Part shown: positions 41,915-51,730 of the stretch, piece after piece
How positions within the stretch are numbered: position 1 is the first letter of the stretch
Layout: every line of letters starts with the position of its first letter
Assembly (NCBI GenBank): GCA_964654485.1
Contig: CAZZJI010000007.1
Span: 3,276 to 67,275 of the forward strand
DNA from: an uncultured Gammaproteobacteria bacterium
Lineage (GTDB): Bacteria; Pseudomonadota; Gammaproteobacteria; SG8-11
Length of the DNA: 64,000 nt
Direction of reading: 5' to 3'
Made by a program: the position numbers and the translations under genes
Notes under the pieces: model-generated
Database searches by the model: none
What the model saw: only the letters and a program-made list of their open reading frames with translations
What the model was told of the DNA's origin: nothing

Positions 41915-44059
41915 ATGAAAGCGTCGATACAAAAAATAGGTTTGCTTATTGTCATTGCGGTGCTGGCATTCAGTTTCTTTCAGTACGATTTAGGCAGCTA
42001 TCTCACATTGGATTATTTTAAATCTCAGCAACAAGCTTTTGAAGCGTATTACCGGGATCATACTCTGGAAACAATTGCGATTTATTTTGCTGTCTATATT
42101 ATTGTTACTGCATTATCTCTTCCGGGTGCAGTTATTTTAACATTGGTTGGCGGGGCATTGTTTGGGGTTGTTGTGGGTGTTGTTGTGGTGTCGTTCGCAA
42201 GCACAATTGGCGCGACCTGTGCGTTTCTTGTTTCGCGTTTTTTATTGCGAGACTATGTGCAATCAAAATTTGGCGACAAGCTCCAGCCAGTCAATGAAGG
42301 TATTAAAAAAGACGGTGCATTTTATTTATTTACCCTGAGATTAATCCCTGTCTTTCCATTCTTTATGATCAATTTGGTCATGGGTCTTACACCCTTATCC
42401 ACCATAAAGTTTTTCTTTGTTAGTCAAATCGGTATGCTCGCTGGAACCGCTGTATTTGTAAATGCCGGCACACAAATAGGTAAACTAGAAAGTTTATCCG
42501 GCATACTGTCGCTACCCATACTGATTTCGTTTGCTCTATTGGGCATTTTCCCGTTGATTGCCAAAAATATAATTGGCTTTATTAGGGGCAGGCGTTATCT
42601 GAAAAAATATAAAAAACCTGCGTCGTTTGACTACAATCTTGTGGCGATCGGCGCGGGTTCAGGCGGGCTTGTTGCTTCCCTTATCGCGGCAGCGGTGAAA
42701 TCAAAGGTTGCGCTAATCGAAAAGCATAAAATGGGAGGAGATTGCCTCAATACAGGTTGTGTACCCAGTAAAGCACTAATACGTTCAGCAAAAATGCTTT
42801 CTTACGCCAAAAAAGCGAATAAATATGGATTTAAAAAAACGACCGTTGATTTTAACTTTTCAGATGTAATGGAGCGTGTACAGCAAGTAATCAAAAAAAT
42901 TGAACCGCACGATTCAGTGGAACGATTTACCGATCTCGGCGTGGATTGTATTCAAGGGGAAGCAAAAATAATTTCACCTTATCATGTGGAAGTAAACGGC
43001 AAAGTGATAACAACTAAAAATATCGTTATTTCAACTGGTGGTCGTCCTAGTGTTCCCAATTTTCCCGGTATTGATCAAGTCAATTACAAGACAAGTGATA
43101 CGCTTTGGGATCTGCGCGAATTGCCAAAACGACTTTTGGTGTTAGGTGCCGGTCCCATAGGTTGTGAGCTGGCGCAATCGTTTCAACGATTCGGGTCTGA
43201 GGTCACTTTGGTGCAAAGAGCTGACACAATTTTGCCTGCAGAGGATGCTGATGCGTCAGAAATTGTACGTGATAGTTTGCAAAAAGAGGGTATAAAGCTT
43301 ATGACCGGTTGTTCTGCATCACATTTTGTGACAGAAAAGGGCAAGCAAACATTAATCTGTACAAAAAAAGATGAAACGCAAGTGGAAATCGGTTTTGATC
43401 TGGTTCTCCTGGCATTAGGTCGAAAAGCGAATACCTCCGGTTTTGGGCTTGATGATCTGGATATACAGTTATCTGACAAGGGCACGATTGAATGCGATGA
43501 ATTTATGCGCACCAATTATCCTAATATTTATGTGTGTGGTGATGTTACTGGCCCATATCAATTTACTCACGTTGCATCGCATCAGGCGTGGTTTGCAACC
43601 GTTAATGCGTTATTCAGTCCCCTTAAAAAGTTTAAAGTGGATTATCGTGTGATTCCCTGGGCAACGTTTACCGATCCGGAAATTGCACGGGTCGGATTAA
43701 ATGAAAAAGAAGCAAAGCAAAAATCGATTGCTTATGAAGTCACAACCTATGGCATAGATGATCTTGATCGTGCGATTGCCGATAGTGAAGATCATGGTGT
43801 GGTGAAAGTGCTTACGGTGCCAGGAAAGGATAAAATACTTGGCGTGACAATTGTGGGTGCTCACGCATCAGATATTATCGCTGAGTTTGTGACCGCCATG
43901 AAATATAATCTTGGATTAAATAAGATATTGGGCACTATTCATATTTATCCCACACTGGCAGAGTCAAATAAATATGTCGCGGGGAATTGGAAGAAAAAAC
44001 ATGCGCCACAAGGTGTGTTAGCGATGTTGAAGAAGTTTCATACATGGCGGCGGCATTAA
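41915..44059 (+). CDS. Fusion protein: DedA/TVP38 (SNARE-associated) membrane domain + FAD-dependent pyridine nucleotide-disulfide oxidoreductase
   Basis: N-terminal 220 aa polytopic DedA-like. C-terminal domain has FAD-binding GAGSGG and redox-active disulfide GGDCLNTGCVPSK, a second Rossmann fold GAGPIGCE and a dimerisation domain. 714 aa. Confidence 0.75.
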   Translation: MKASIQKIGLLIVIAVLAFSFFQYDLGSYLTLDYFKSQQQAFEAYYRDHTLETIAIYFAVYIIVTALSLPGAVILTLVGGALFGVVVGVVVVSFASTIGATCAFLVSRFLLRDYVQSKFGDKLQPVNEGIKKDGAFYLFTLRLIPVFPFFMINLVMGLTPLSTIKFFFVSQIGMLAGTAVFVNAGTQIGKLESLSGILSLPILISFALLGIFPLIAKNIIGFIRGRRYLKKYKKPASFDYNLVAIGAGSGGLVASLIAAAVKSKVALIEKHKMGGDCLNTGCVPSKALIRSAKMLSYAKKANKYGFKKTTVDFNFSDVMERVQQVIKKIEPHDSVERFTDLGVDCIQGEAKIISPYHVEVNGKVITTKNIVISTGGRPSVPNFPGIDQVNYKTSDTLWDLRELPKRLLVLGAGPIGCELAQSFQRFGSEVTLVQRADTILPAEDADASEIVRDSLQKEGIKLMTGCSASHFVTEKGKQTLICTKKDETQVEIGFDLVLLALGRKANTSGFGLDDLDIQLSDKGTIECDEFMRTNYPNIYVCGDVTGPYQFTHVASHQAWFATVNALFSPLKKFKVDYRVIPWATFTDPEIARVGLNEKEAKQKSIAYEVTTYGIDDLDRAIADSEDHGVVKVLTVPGKDKILGVTIVGAHASDIIAEFVTAMKYNLGLNKILGTIHIYPTLAESNKYVAGNWKKKHAPQGVLAMLKKFHTWRRH

Positions 44060-44091
44060 ATTTGCTATTTCTCTGGCGTTAATTAGAAATA

Positions 44092-44772
44092 TTATTGTAA
44101 TGCAAAAACAACGGGCACAATAAACTCCAGTGTCTGGTGCAGATTATTTTCCGGCATGGGCGGAAATGGATTTGCCCGTTCGGCCATTTCAAGCGCGGCT
44201 TTATCAAGCAGTCGATTACCGGTGCGCTGTTCCAACGTAATTTTTAGGGTCTGCCCGGTTTGATCGATCAATATGCGTAATCGACCCTCTCCTTCAATGC
44301 GCATACGCTTGGCCCTTTTGGGGTATTTTTTTTGTTTTTCCAGCCAGGCAACGAGTAGCTGTTCATACTTTGCCATAGCGGTGGCGTTCAGTGGTGCAGG
44401 GCTAGATTCTACTGGGGAAGGTTCTTGTATGGAAACAGGTGCTTCCACAACCTCAGGAGGATTTTCAATCGGTAATGGATCAGGTTGTGGTTGTGGTACA
44501 GGTTCTTGAATCACAGGCTCTGGAACATGCCTAGGTTCTGGTTCCGGCTTCGGTTTAGGGGTAACGGGTGGTTTGATTTTTTTCTGAGGTGGCGGTGTGA
44601 CAGGTTCGACAGCGGTGGTGGTCTCTGCAATAGCCGCCAGCAAACTAACACGAAGCGTTTGTTCAGGTGGTTCTGGCAGAGGTGCAGGCAGCGCCAGCCA
44701 AAACGCTATACCGCTATGCAGGGCGAGTGCGACGAGTAGCGCGGTGCTCATTTGCTGCCAGGTGATCGTCAT
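44092..44772 (-). CDS. tonB: Energy transducer TonB
   Basis: N-terminal TM anchor, Pro/Glu/Lys-rich spacer (PKPKPEPEPRHVPEPVIQEPVPQPQPDP), conserved TonB C-terminal domain. Downstream of exbB-exbD. Confidence 0.8.
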   Translation of the reverse strand: MTITWQQMSTALLVALALHSGIAFWLALPAPLPEPPEQTLRVSLLAAIAETTTAVEPVTPPPQKKIKPPVTPKPKPEPEPRHVPEPVIQEPVPQPQPDPLPIENPPEVVEAPVSIQEPSPVESSPAPLNATAMAKYEQLLVAWLEKQKKYPKRAKRMRIEGEGRLRILIDQTGQTLKITLEQRTGNRLLDKAALEMAERANPFPPMPENNLHQTLEFIVPVVFALQ

Positions 44773-44781
44773 GGGTACCGG

Positions 44782-45180
44782 CTACTTCTGGGTGGTGGCT
44801 AATGCAACATTGTTACCGCCAGCGGCGCGAATCTCATCCATGACCTTCAATAGCTGCTGTACTTCGGTACGGGCATCACTTTTCAGGGTAATGGCGACAT
44901 CGGTATTGTCTGCGATCAAGGGTTCGATAGTCTGGCGCAGTTTATCAAGTTGAATCGGTTCGCTATTGAGTGCCAGTTCACCTGACGCGTTGAGAGAAAC
45001 CGTAATCGGTGTAATTTCAGTAACAGTCGCACCAGCAGATTCGGGCAGTTCCAACTCGATGGCTTCCGGCACTAAAAAGGTACTGGTCAACATAAAAAAG
45101 ACCAATAGCAAAAAAACAATATCAATTAATGGCGCGATATCAAGGTGGGAATGGATGCGCGCACGGCCCTCAAATTCCAT
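44782..45180 (-). CDS. exbD: Biopolymer transport protein ExbD/TolR (ORF opens at 45255; likely start at MEFEG...)
   Basis: IAPLIDIVFLLLVFFMLTS TM segment plus periplasmic ExbD domain. About 130 aa from the internal Met. Confidence 0.75.
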   Translation of the reverse strand: MEFEGRARIHSHLDIAPLIDIVFLLLVFFMLTSTFLVPEAIELELPESAGATVTEITPITVSLNASGELALNSEPIQLDKLRQTIEPLIADNTDVAITLKSDARTEVQQLLKVMDEIRAAGGNNVALATTQK

Positions 45181-45847
45181 GGGTTTCGTCCTCGATTTTG
45201 TCGTCGTCACGGGTTGAGATATTGGCCGGTGTTTTACCAAAATGACGCAACACACGAATGCTTACGTCCTTCATGGATGCACGTACATGATCCACTTCAC
45301 CTTCTAAATAATAGAATGCGGCCATAGCGGGAATGGCCACGGTTAATCCAAAGGCAGTGGTTAGCAGTGCTTCCCAAATCCCACCCGAAAGAATCGACGG
45401 ATCAACACGGCTACCGGCGGCTTCAAGATTCATAAAGGCGACAATCATGCCGGTAACTGTGCCTAACAATCCCAACAATGGACTCAAGTGAGCGATGGAT
45501 GAGAGGCCGCGTAGCCACGATTCAAGATTGCGGATTTGCGTAGAACCAACCCGACTCACTTCGGCCTCCACATCTTTTGCCGACATGGCCGGGTCAGCGC
45601 CGCAACGTATGGCACTTTCCATTACACATGCGACGGGGCTGTGCTGTAGTTGTAATGCATGCAAAGCACTGTTGTAATCGCCTTGTTGCAGTGCGGTCAG
45701 TGTTGGATCGACAAAATCTAAACGACGCAGACCACTACGGAAATACTGAAACAGTTTAAGCAGAATGATGGCGACGGCCAGAACAGACATGGCTAGCAGT
45801 ACCCACATGACCGGCCCACCTTGTTGGAATAAACTCACTATATTCAT
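45170..45847 (-). CDS. exbB: MotA/TolQ/ExbB proton-channel protein
   Basis: 225 aa, three TM helices, conserved ExbB C-terminal region (...GTVTGMIVAFMNL...). Confidence 0.8.
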   Translation of the reverse strand: MNIVSLFQQGGPVMWVLLAMSVLAVAIILLKLFQYFRSGLRRLDFVDPTLTALQQGDYNSALHALQLQHSPVACVMESAIRCGADPAMSAKDVEAEVSRVGSTQIRNLESWLRGLSSIAHLSPLLGLLGTVTGMIVAFMNLEAAGSRVDPSILSGGIWEALLTTAFGLTVAIPAMAAFYYLEGEVDHVRASMKDVSIRVLRHFGKTPANISTRDDDKIEDETHGI

Positions 45848-45936
45848 AAGCGCTCAATTAACATTTTTAAAAGGAAACGGGTGGCAACCAAAAGGGCTTG
45901 CTACCCGTAAACGAGCCATTCTTGGCGTAATGGGAT

Positions 45937-48213
45937 TTACAAATCCATTTCAACCCCGGCATAAACGAACTGCGGCAGGCCACCGCGTGCGCCATGGGGC
46001 TGACGCGATACGATATATTCTTCATCAAAGAGATTTTGCACTCCACCGAAGAGTTTCACCGTTTCGTTGATGCGATAAAAGACAGAAATATCCGTGGTAA
46101 AATAACTGTCTGTTTTGCCATATCGAGCATCGGGTTCGCCAGCCCCGTTAACTTGATTGTCAACATTATTGGCGCTGGTATATGTCTCGCTCACATAGTT
46201 ACCCGAGATGAACGCACCCCATTTTTTAGTCTCGACACCGCTACCCAGACTCAATGTAAACTTTGGAATATAAGGCACTGCATTGCCCGCTTTACCGAAG
46301 CTGAAAATCGATTCCGCATCCGTAGACGTTGAATCATTTTTTTGTTCCGCATTGGTATAGGTTGCGCTTAGGTAAGAAGGATTGTTGATCCGCCAATTGT
46401 TAGCGAGTCCGGCATCATATTGAAGTGCGAATTCAATCCCAAAGGTATCTACCTCGCCAAAGTTTTCATCATCACCAGTACCTGTCCCACCGACATTATC
46501 AGTCACGATTAAATCTTCAAAAGCCGTGTAAAAAATAGTGCTTTCAGCCGCAAATGCTTGCTGGATATTGCTATGACGTGTACCGATTTCAAAAGCGATG
46601 CTGGATTCTGGATCAAGGCCAGCGCGTGTGCCCCGAGGGCTGGGAGTGGAATAACCCGTGTGTAGGCCACCAAAACCTGTCCATTGTTCGCTGAACTGGT
46701 AGGCCGCACCCACGCCATAGGCACTGACATTAAAGCTGTTTTTACCGTCCCGACCTTTTGTGCCACCCGCACTTTGCAGGGTACCTTTGGGGTCTTCGGA
46801 GGTTTGATCCAGTGTTTCGTAACGAACTCCGGGTGTGATTGTCCAGGCACCTGTTTCAATGGTGTCTTGAACAAACAGTGCTAAGGCTTTTGTTTCCTGA
46901 AAACGATTACCTGCATCACCGGGTATGCCAGGTGTTATTCCCGTGATGGTGCCGTTAGTGGCCTGAGTATAGGTATCCTCCCATTGAAATCGAGTTATTT
47001 CATCTTGGTGTAGACGAAGGCCAGCCATTATTTCGTGTTGAACGTTGTCTGATCCAAAACGGAAATACCCGACTGACTCAAGACCTTGGGTGTAGTATTT
47101 ACGATTGTTGGCTCTGACTTTTAGTTCACATGCGGCGGTGCCCTTCATGCAGTCCTGAGACAATCCAGGGGTTTCAATAACCTGAGAAAGATTGTCTCCA
47201 TTGAGCGAGTTGAGCTTGTACCAGTTACGCTTGAAATCGGTCTGGTAGAGCGTTGCAATTACATCGAGATCATCAGTGGGGCTGATGCTCCAGCGCAACG
47301 AGGTTTGTTTCTGCTCACTTTTAATGTTATCGAAACGCGATGCCGCATAACGACGTAATGGATTGGCATTAAAATCAGCTTGGCTCAAGCCGAGATAGGT
47401 CTCATTGGCATCCAGTTCACTGGTGCCATGTTTAAATTCAAAACGTTGATACACCGCACTGTTCGGCTCCCATGATAGTTTCACCATGGCATCTGTTTTA
47501 TCAAAGCCGGTGTCATCACCGCTGCGAAAATCAGCAGTCTCATCAATTTTTTTGAAGCCGTTACTCTGTCGACGGTAACCTTCTACCAAAGCACCAAATT
47601 GCCCGGCCGCATCTGTATCAAAGGTATTTCCAAAATAGGCATGGGTACGTTGCTCGTTAAAACTGCCGAGCGTTGATTTCAGATAAGCCTTCTCTTTTGT
47701 TGGGATGGGGGTTGAAAGGTAGTTGATTACGCCGCCGGTTGTGTGAGGGCCGTATTTGATCTGACTGGACCCCTTCAATACTTCTAGTCCGCTCATGCGT
47801 CCCGTGGTGGGTGAATAGTAGGCCGCTGGCGCGGAATAAGGCGCAGGTGACATCATTACCCCATCTTCCATGATGGTTATTTTGGAATTACGGGTGGTAT
47901 CAACACCGCGTAAACTGATGCTGGGGAAGAGGCCAAAACCGTCTTCCTCTCGCACGTAAACCCCCGGCACCTTGCGAAGCACGCGGTTCACATCATCATA
48001 ATTTTGCTGACGAATATCTTCTTTTGTTATTACCTGGGCAGAGCCTGGTATTTTTTCGATATTAGCCGGATTACCAATCACCATGATTTTATCAAGCACA
48101 TTGGCCTTTGTATCCATCTCATCAGACTCTTTATCTGCTGCGTCAGCGGGTAGTACCAGGCCAAGCGTGGCAATAGCGATGGCATCGCGTAATAAACGAT
48201 GTTGTTTTTTCAC
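45937..48213 (-). CDS. TonB-dependent outer-membrane receptor (siderophore-type)
   Basis: Signal peptide, TonB box/plug domain (…DKIMVIGNP…VPGVYVREEDGFGLFPSISLRGV), 758-aa beta-barrel. Followed by exbB-exbD-tonB. Fur-box-like sites upstream. Confidence 0.8.
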   Translation of the reverse strand: MKKQHRLLRDAIAIATLGLVLPADAADKESDEMDTKANVLDKIMVIGNPANIEKIPGSAQVITKEDIRQQNYDDVNRVLRKVPGVYVREEDGFGLFPSISLRGVDTTRNSKITIMEDGVMMSPAPYSAPAAYYSPTTGRMSGLEVLKGSSQIKYGPHTTGGVINYLSTPIPTKEKAYLKSTLGSFNEQRTHAYFGNTFDTDAAGQFGALVEGYRRQSNGFKKIDETADFRSGDDTGFDKTDAMVKLSWEPNSAVYQRFEFKHGTSELDANETYLGLSQADFNANPLRRYAASRFDNIKSEQKQTSLRWSISPTDDLDVIATLYQTDFKRNWYKLNSLNGDNLSQVIETPGLSQDCMKGTAACELKVRANNRKYYTQGLESVGYFRFGSDNVQHEIMAGLRLHQDEITRFQWEDTYTQATNGTITGITPGIPGDAGNRFQETKALALFVQDTIETGAWTITPGVRYETLDQTSEDPKGTLQSAGGTKGRDGKNSFNVSAYGVGAAYQFSEQWTGFGGLHTGYSTPSPRGTRAGLDPESSIAFEIGTRHSNIQQAFAAESTIFYTAFEDLIVTDNVGGTGTGDDENFGEVDTFGIEFALQYDAGLANNWRINNPSYLSATYTNAEQKNDSTSTDAESIFSFGKAGNAVPYIPKFTLSLGSGVETKKWGAFISGNYVSETYTSANNVDNQVNGAGEPDARYGKTDSYFTTDISVFYRINETVKLFGGVQNLFDEEYIVSRQPHGARGGLPQFVYAGVEMDL

Positions 48214-48341
48214 TGTTTCAATCCCTCAATGTTGTAGTTTTACGATGATGCCGCCTTAGTCGTGGCTCTCTATAACGAGTACTGGAGCAGGGGCTGATAA
48301 CTGGCTGGCTACGTGAGATTATAAATGGATCAATATTAAAT

Positions 48342-48360
48342 GTAAATGATAATCATTCGC
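48342..48360. promoter_or_regulatory. Fur-box-like operator upstream of the TonB-dependent receptor
   Basis: gtAAATGATAATCATTcgc matches the 19-bp Fur consensus GATAATGATAATCATTATC at 14 of 17 aligned positions. About 130 bp upstream of the receptor start codon. Confidence 0.55.
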
Positions 48361-48460
48361 ATTTACATGGGTAAGAAGTATGAATTTAGGATTTCGATGT
48401 GACACCTTGGAGTTTTGAATGAAGTTTTGTCTATTGTACAAATTAATGCTTGCAAATACA

Positions 48461-48479
48461 AATGATTCTCATTATCATT
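48461..48479. promoter_or_regulatory. Second Fur-box-like operator, between the receptor and the divergent small ORF
   Basis: AATGATTCTCATTATCATT matches Fur consensus positions 4-19 at 14 of 16. About 100 bp upstream of the + strand ORF starting at 48582. Confidence 0.5.
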
Positions 48480-48581
48480 TAAAAAAGATTGAGAGATACC
48501 CAGCGCGGTTTTGCCTATGAAGGGCTTAACTCAGCCAGGAGGATGCGGATGTAGTTATTTGAAATCAAAGGAGAACTGCTG

Positions 48582-48860
48582 ATGACATATATGATCAATG
48601 CCCGGCTGGAGCGAGGAGTCCCTTCGCTGACACTAATTGATGCGATGACAGGCGAAGAACGTCTTCATTGGTATGGTGATAACGTCGTTAAAGGCGAGCG
48701 TGACTGGCAGGGTCTGTTTAAGCGGTTGATACTGCTTTCTTGTGCTGACCGGCTCAGTTTGGTTCAGCGTGCAAAATCACCCGTTTTTGGTGACGAGTGC
48801 TTCGAATGCAGTACGTGCGTTGACCAAGGTGCACCAACAGAAACGCAAACGCACATATGA
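48582..48860 (+). CDS. Hypothetical small Cys-containing protein, divergent from the TonB-dependent receptor
   Basis: 92-aa ORF, visibly more GC-rich than its surroundings, with a CADRLS...CFECSTC pattern. Preceded by the Fur-box-like site. Confidence 0.4.
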   Translation: MTYMINARLERGVPSLTLIDAMTGEERLHWYGDNVVKGERDWQGLFKRLILLSCADRLSLVQRAKSPVFGDECFECSTCVDQGAPTETQTHI

Positions 48861-49077
48861 TTACAGAGATGAATAACACTGATGTTAAAAACAGTGTTGT
48901 CTCGTTACTAAAGTTGTGAAAAAAGTTGTGAAAAATGTGAATAAGCCGGAAGTTTCCTCCCCCATGGCTGCGGGGGTATCACAAACAGATGATGTGCCTC
49001 TATTGTACGGCGTATAACAAGTTATCAAATCGTCCACCTATAAAGCTCGATCTAACTAACTCCCAGGTGGCGAACCA

Positions 49078-49875
49078 TCAAATGGGTGTTCGCCGCCTTA
49101 ATTCACGTTCCAGTGATGTCACAAATCGGTTTATCGATCGCTGGTCAAGCGCGTTTACGTTCTCGTTGCGCAAACCTAGATAACCCAGTCCACCTTTCTT
49201 GCTGTGAACAACGTGCCGCACTTCGGTACTGAACAGGATCATTCCCTCATCGGGCAATTCAAGTTCGCATCTTGGTATCAATAATCCATTTTCTACAAAG
49301 TTTGGAAATGTAGTCGAAAAGCGTACACACATTCCGCCTGTAGAGATGTTATCTAATTCGCCTTCTAATATTTCGTCTGATTCACATGTCAAAATAATGG
49401 GAATAGATAAAGAACGTATTACCTGCACGCGATACGATGAACGTCTTTGATAGTATTTTATATGTTGTGGAAACGAAAGCGTGTAGAACGGTATCCCAGA
49501 TTTTTCATCGACATCGGTTAATAGACATTGAAAACTTAAGTCAATACCTTCGAGACCAGCAAATATGATTAGTTTGCCTTTATCCAATAATTTGTTATGG
49601 CCGTGTTCCGGATGTAGCTGATCGACTAAAATTTGGCTCTTCTCGTTGTCAATTGAGATTATCACGCTATTGAAGATACTATCATCACCAGAAATTGCGG
49701 CCGACAACAGCGTGCGATTGTCCAGTATTCTCTTTAAATAAAGTTTAATCTGAATCGAATCAGAAATGACTTCATACTGTTGCTGTTTTTTAATATCTGG
49801 CGTTTCTGTCATGTATAGAGAAAAATGTAAGATCGTTATGTGTAGAGGTCGTTGACTATAGACCGCATTTTTCAA
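49078..49875 (-). CDS. PilZ-domain flagellar brake-like protein (YcgR/FlgZ-type)
   Basis: N-terminal YcgR-like region and C-terminal PilZ motifs RRSSYR (RxxxR) and NISTGG (D/NxSxxG). Sits downstream of flgN as flgZ does in Pseudomonas. TTG start overlaps the flgN TGA stop; an alternative ATG lies at 49812. Confidence 0.65.
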   Translation of the reverse strand: MKNAVYSQRPLHITILHFSLYMTETPDIKKQQQYEVISDSIQIKLYLKRILDNRTLLSAAISGDDSIFNSVIISIDNEKSQILVDQLHPEHGHNKLLDKGKLIIFAGLEGIDLSFQCLLTDVDEKSGIPFYTLSFPQHIKYYQRRSSYRVQVIRSLSIPIILTCESDEILEGELDNISTGGMCVRFSTTFPNFVENGLLIPRCELELPDEGMILFSTEVRHVVHSKKGGLGYLGLRNENVNALDQRSINRFVTSLERELRRRTPI

Positions 49876-50363
49876 ACACGGCCGAGAGTTTGGGTTTGAA
49901 TTCCTTTCGTGGATTTACCAGATAAATCGTAAACATTGGATTCGCCTGTAGTTTGACCGCGAAGGATATTAATTATTTTTTCAATATTATTGTGACTCGT
50001 TGATATAACTTGACTATTAATAATATTTTGATCATAGCACTGAGTGGCAATGTATTTAAGTTTGTCGAGCAATAGTGTCAAATTGTCTTTTTCTTTTGGG
50101 TTACAACGTGTTAATAGTTCAGAAATGCCTTGTTTGTCCATCGACAATCCGTGCAATTTAAGAAGTTCTATAAGTTTTTTTTCTGTTGATTCGACCTCAT
50201 CGATTAATTTTTGTTTTTTCGTAATTGCAGCTTCAAACTCCTGCAAATTATTGTTTGAAAGTGCAGCTTGCTCATTTTTCATAGTATCCAACAGCGTCGT
50301 TGAAAGTGAAATTTCATGCTCGAATAAACTGATTATATCCTTCAGAGAGTCCGTTAAACTCAT
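49872..50363 (-). CDS. flgN: Flagellar export chaperone FlgN
   Basis: 163-aa helical ORF immediately downstream of flgM (start abuts the flgM stop), as in flgA-flgM-flgN clusters. Confidence 0.55.
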   Translation of the reverse strand: MSLTDSLKDIISLFEHEISLSTTLLDTMKNEQAALSNNNLQEFEAAITKKQKLIDEVESTEKKLIELLKLHGLSMDKQGISELLTRCNPKEKDNLTLLLDKLKYIATQCYDQNIINSQVISTSHNNIEKIINILRGQTTGESNVYDLSGKSTKGIQTQTLGRV

Positions 50364-50729
50364 TTATTTCGCCTCGTTTACCTTGCTTGCTCCGATAAGA
50401 AGCTGACGTTCAAACTCAATAAATTTTTCAGCTGTGCGAGTCGAATCAAGCTTAAAATTTCCTTGTTCGATAAGGTTCTTAATACCTTCGACCCGTTGTG
50501 TATCGACGACGGGAAAAACAGACAGGCCGCTTTCCAATTTTTGCAATTTCGAAGCAATATCTGTTAATGTGACAGTGTCAGATGTGTTATTTGCTCCGGT
50601 TTGTTGTTGTGGCACAGTTGGTTCAGCACGCGTAACTTTAACTTCTGAACTTTGCGTTGTTTTTTGCTGGTCTGTTACCGACAAGCCTGTTAGTTCTATA
50701 GGCATAAATATTGCTCCATATAAATACAA
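50364..50729 (-). CDS. flgM: Anti-sigma-28 factor FlgM
   Basis: About 100-120 aa. C-terminal FlgM-like segment (…VDTQRVEGIKNLIEQGNFKLDSTRTAEKFIEFE…). Position between flgA and flgN. Confidence 0.7.
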   Translation of the reverse strand: MYLYGAIFMPIELTGLSVTDQQKTTQSSEVKVTRAEPTVPQQQTGANNTSDTVTLTDIASKLQKLESGLSVFPVVDTQRVEGIKNLIEQGNFKLDSTRTAEKFIEFERQLLIGASKVNEAK

Positions 50730-50796
50730 TCGTGCTCACTTTCTATATCGGACCCAAAAATCAGAACTTTAGACTGCAGTCAAAGTAAAAATTTCT

Positions 50797-51564
50797 TTAC
50801 ATTCTTACATTTACAGTGCCTCTGCCCGTCACAATTGCTTCCAGTACTTTTTTTGACGTTTTATTTTTTACCTTGATCTTTTGTTTTGCACTACCATCCA
50901 TTAATGCTTCACCCGTCACTCTTACTTGAAACCCGTTGGATTTCACTATAATGGCAACCTCTTCACCTCGCAAAACCAAGTTTGGAGATTTGATGGATTT
51001 AGGTGTAAAAATATGGCCCGCCGGTAATGCACGTTTTGCAATTTTTCCGATTAGCACCTTTTTTTGTATAAAATAACCATTATTAAGGGAGGAAATTTCT
51101 TTTTCAATGAACTGGATGTTTTCAGAATTTATTTCTTCTCCACGCGACAATGGGTGGCTACTGACGGCTACTTGTTTAAAAATTTTCACATTGGCCGGAA
51201 CATAAAAAGTCCATTCTTTGGGTGAAGAGCAACGTACTCCCACGGTTGTGTTGCCGTTGTTTTTACTTCCTGGAAGAAAAAATGTCTCTAATTCGCTAGT
51301 ACATGCGACTAAACGCAGTCGTTTATCGATTTTTCCTATTGAGATCTTATGCTTGAACGAAGAAACATGTTGTTCTTTGAGATAGTTTTCTACCGCTGAT
51401 TTAATGGAGTTCAGATTTTGATATGTCGTTGCAAATACGTTCTGCGTTGCTGGAATCGCGAATGAGACCAATAAAGCCAACTGTAAACAAAATCGACACA
51501 ATTGATTGATCGATTGTAATTCTTTTATTTGTTTCATTGAAGCCGACTCCTGATGTAAATTCAA
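50797..51564 (-). CDS. flgA: Flagellar basal-body P-ring formation protein FlgA
   Basis: Signal peptide. C-terminal SAF/FlgA domain (…GEEVAIIVKSNGFQVRVTGEALMDGSAKQKIKVKN…). Divergent from cheV-flgB. Confidence 0.7.
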   Translation of the reverse strand: MNLHQESASMKQIKELQSINQLCRFCLQLALLVSFAIPATQNVFATTYQNLNSIKSAVENYLKEQHVSSFKHKISIGKIDKRLRLVACTSELETFFLPGSKNNGNTTVGVRCSSPKEWTFYVPANVKIFKQVAVSSHPLSRGEEINSENIQFIEKEISSLNNGYFIQKKVLIGKIAKRALPAGHIFTPKSIKSPNLVLRGEEVAIIVKSNGFQVRVTGEALMDGSAKQKIKVKNKTSKKVLEAIVTGRGTVNVRM

Positions 51565-51730
51565 TTAGATATGTCTATTTATTACCTATCTATTTATTGC
51601 CTATCTATTATTAAAAAAATGCTGCAGTATTTATGCCATTCAAATATTTCTTTTTAAAGGTATTATCGAGTTGAGACGATAACAAATGTAATGCAATCAG
51701 TAATTTTCACATAATCAGGATGGCTGAATA

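Noticed and set aside
44273-44953. Three plus-strand ORFs (78-118 aa) antisense to tonB and exbD
   Set aside because: Artefacts of the GC- and Pro-codon-rich tonB spacer; the TonB and ExbD readings have clear family signatures.
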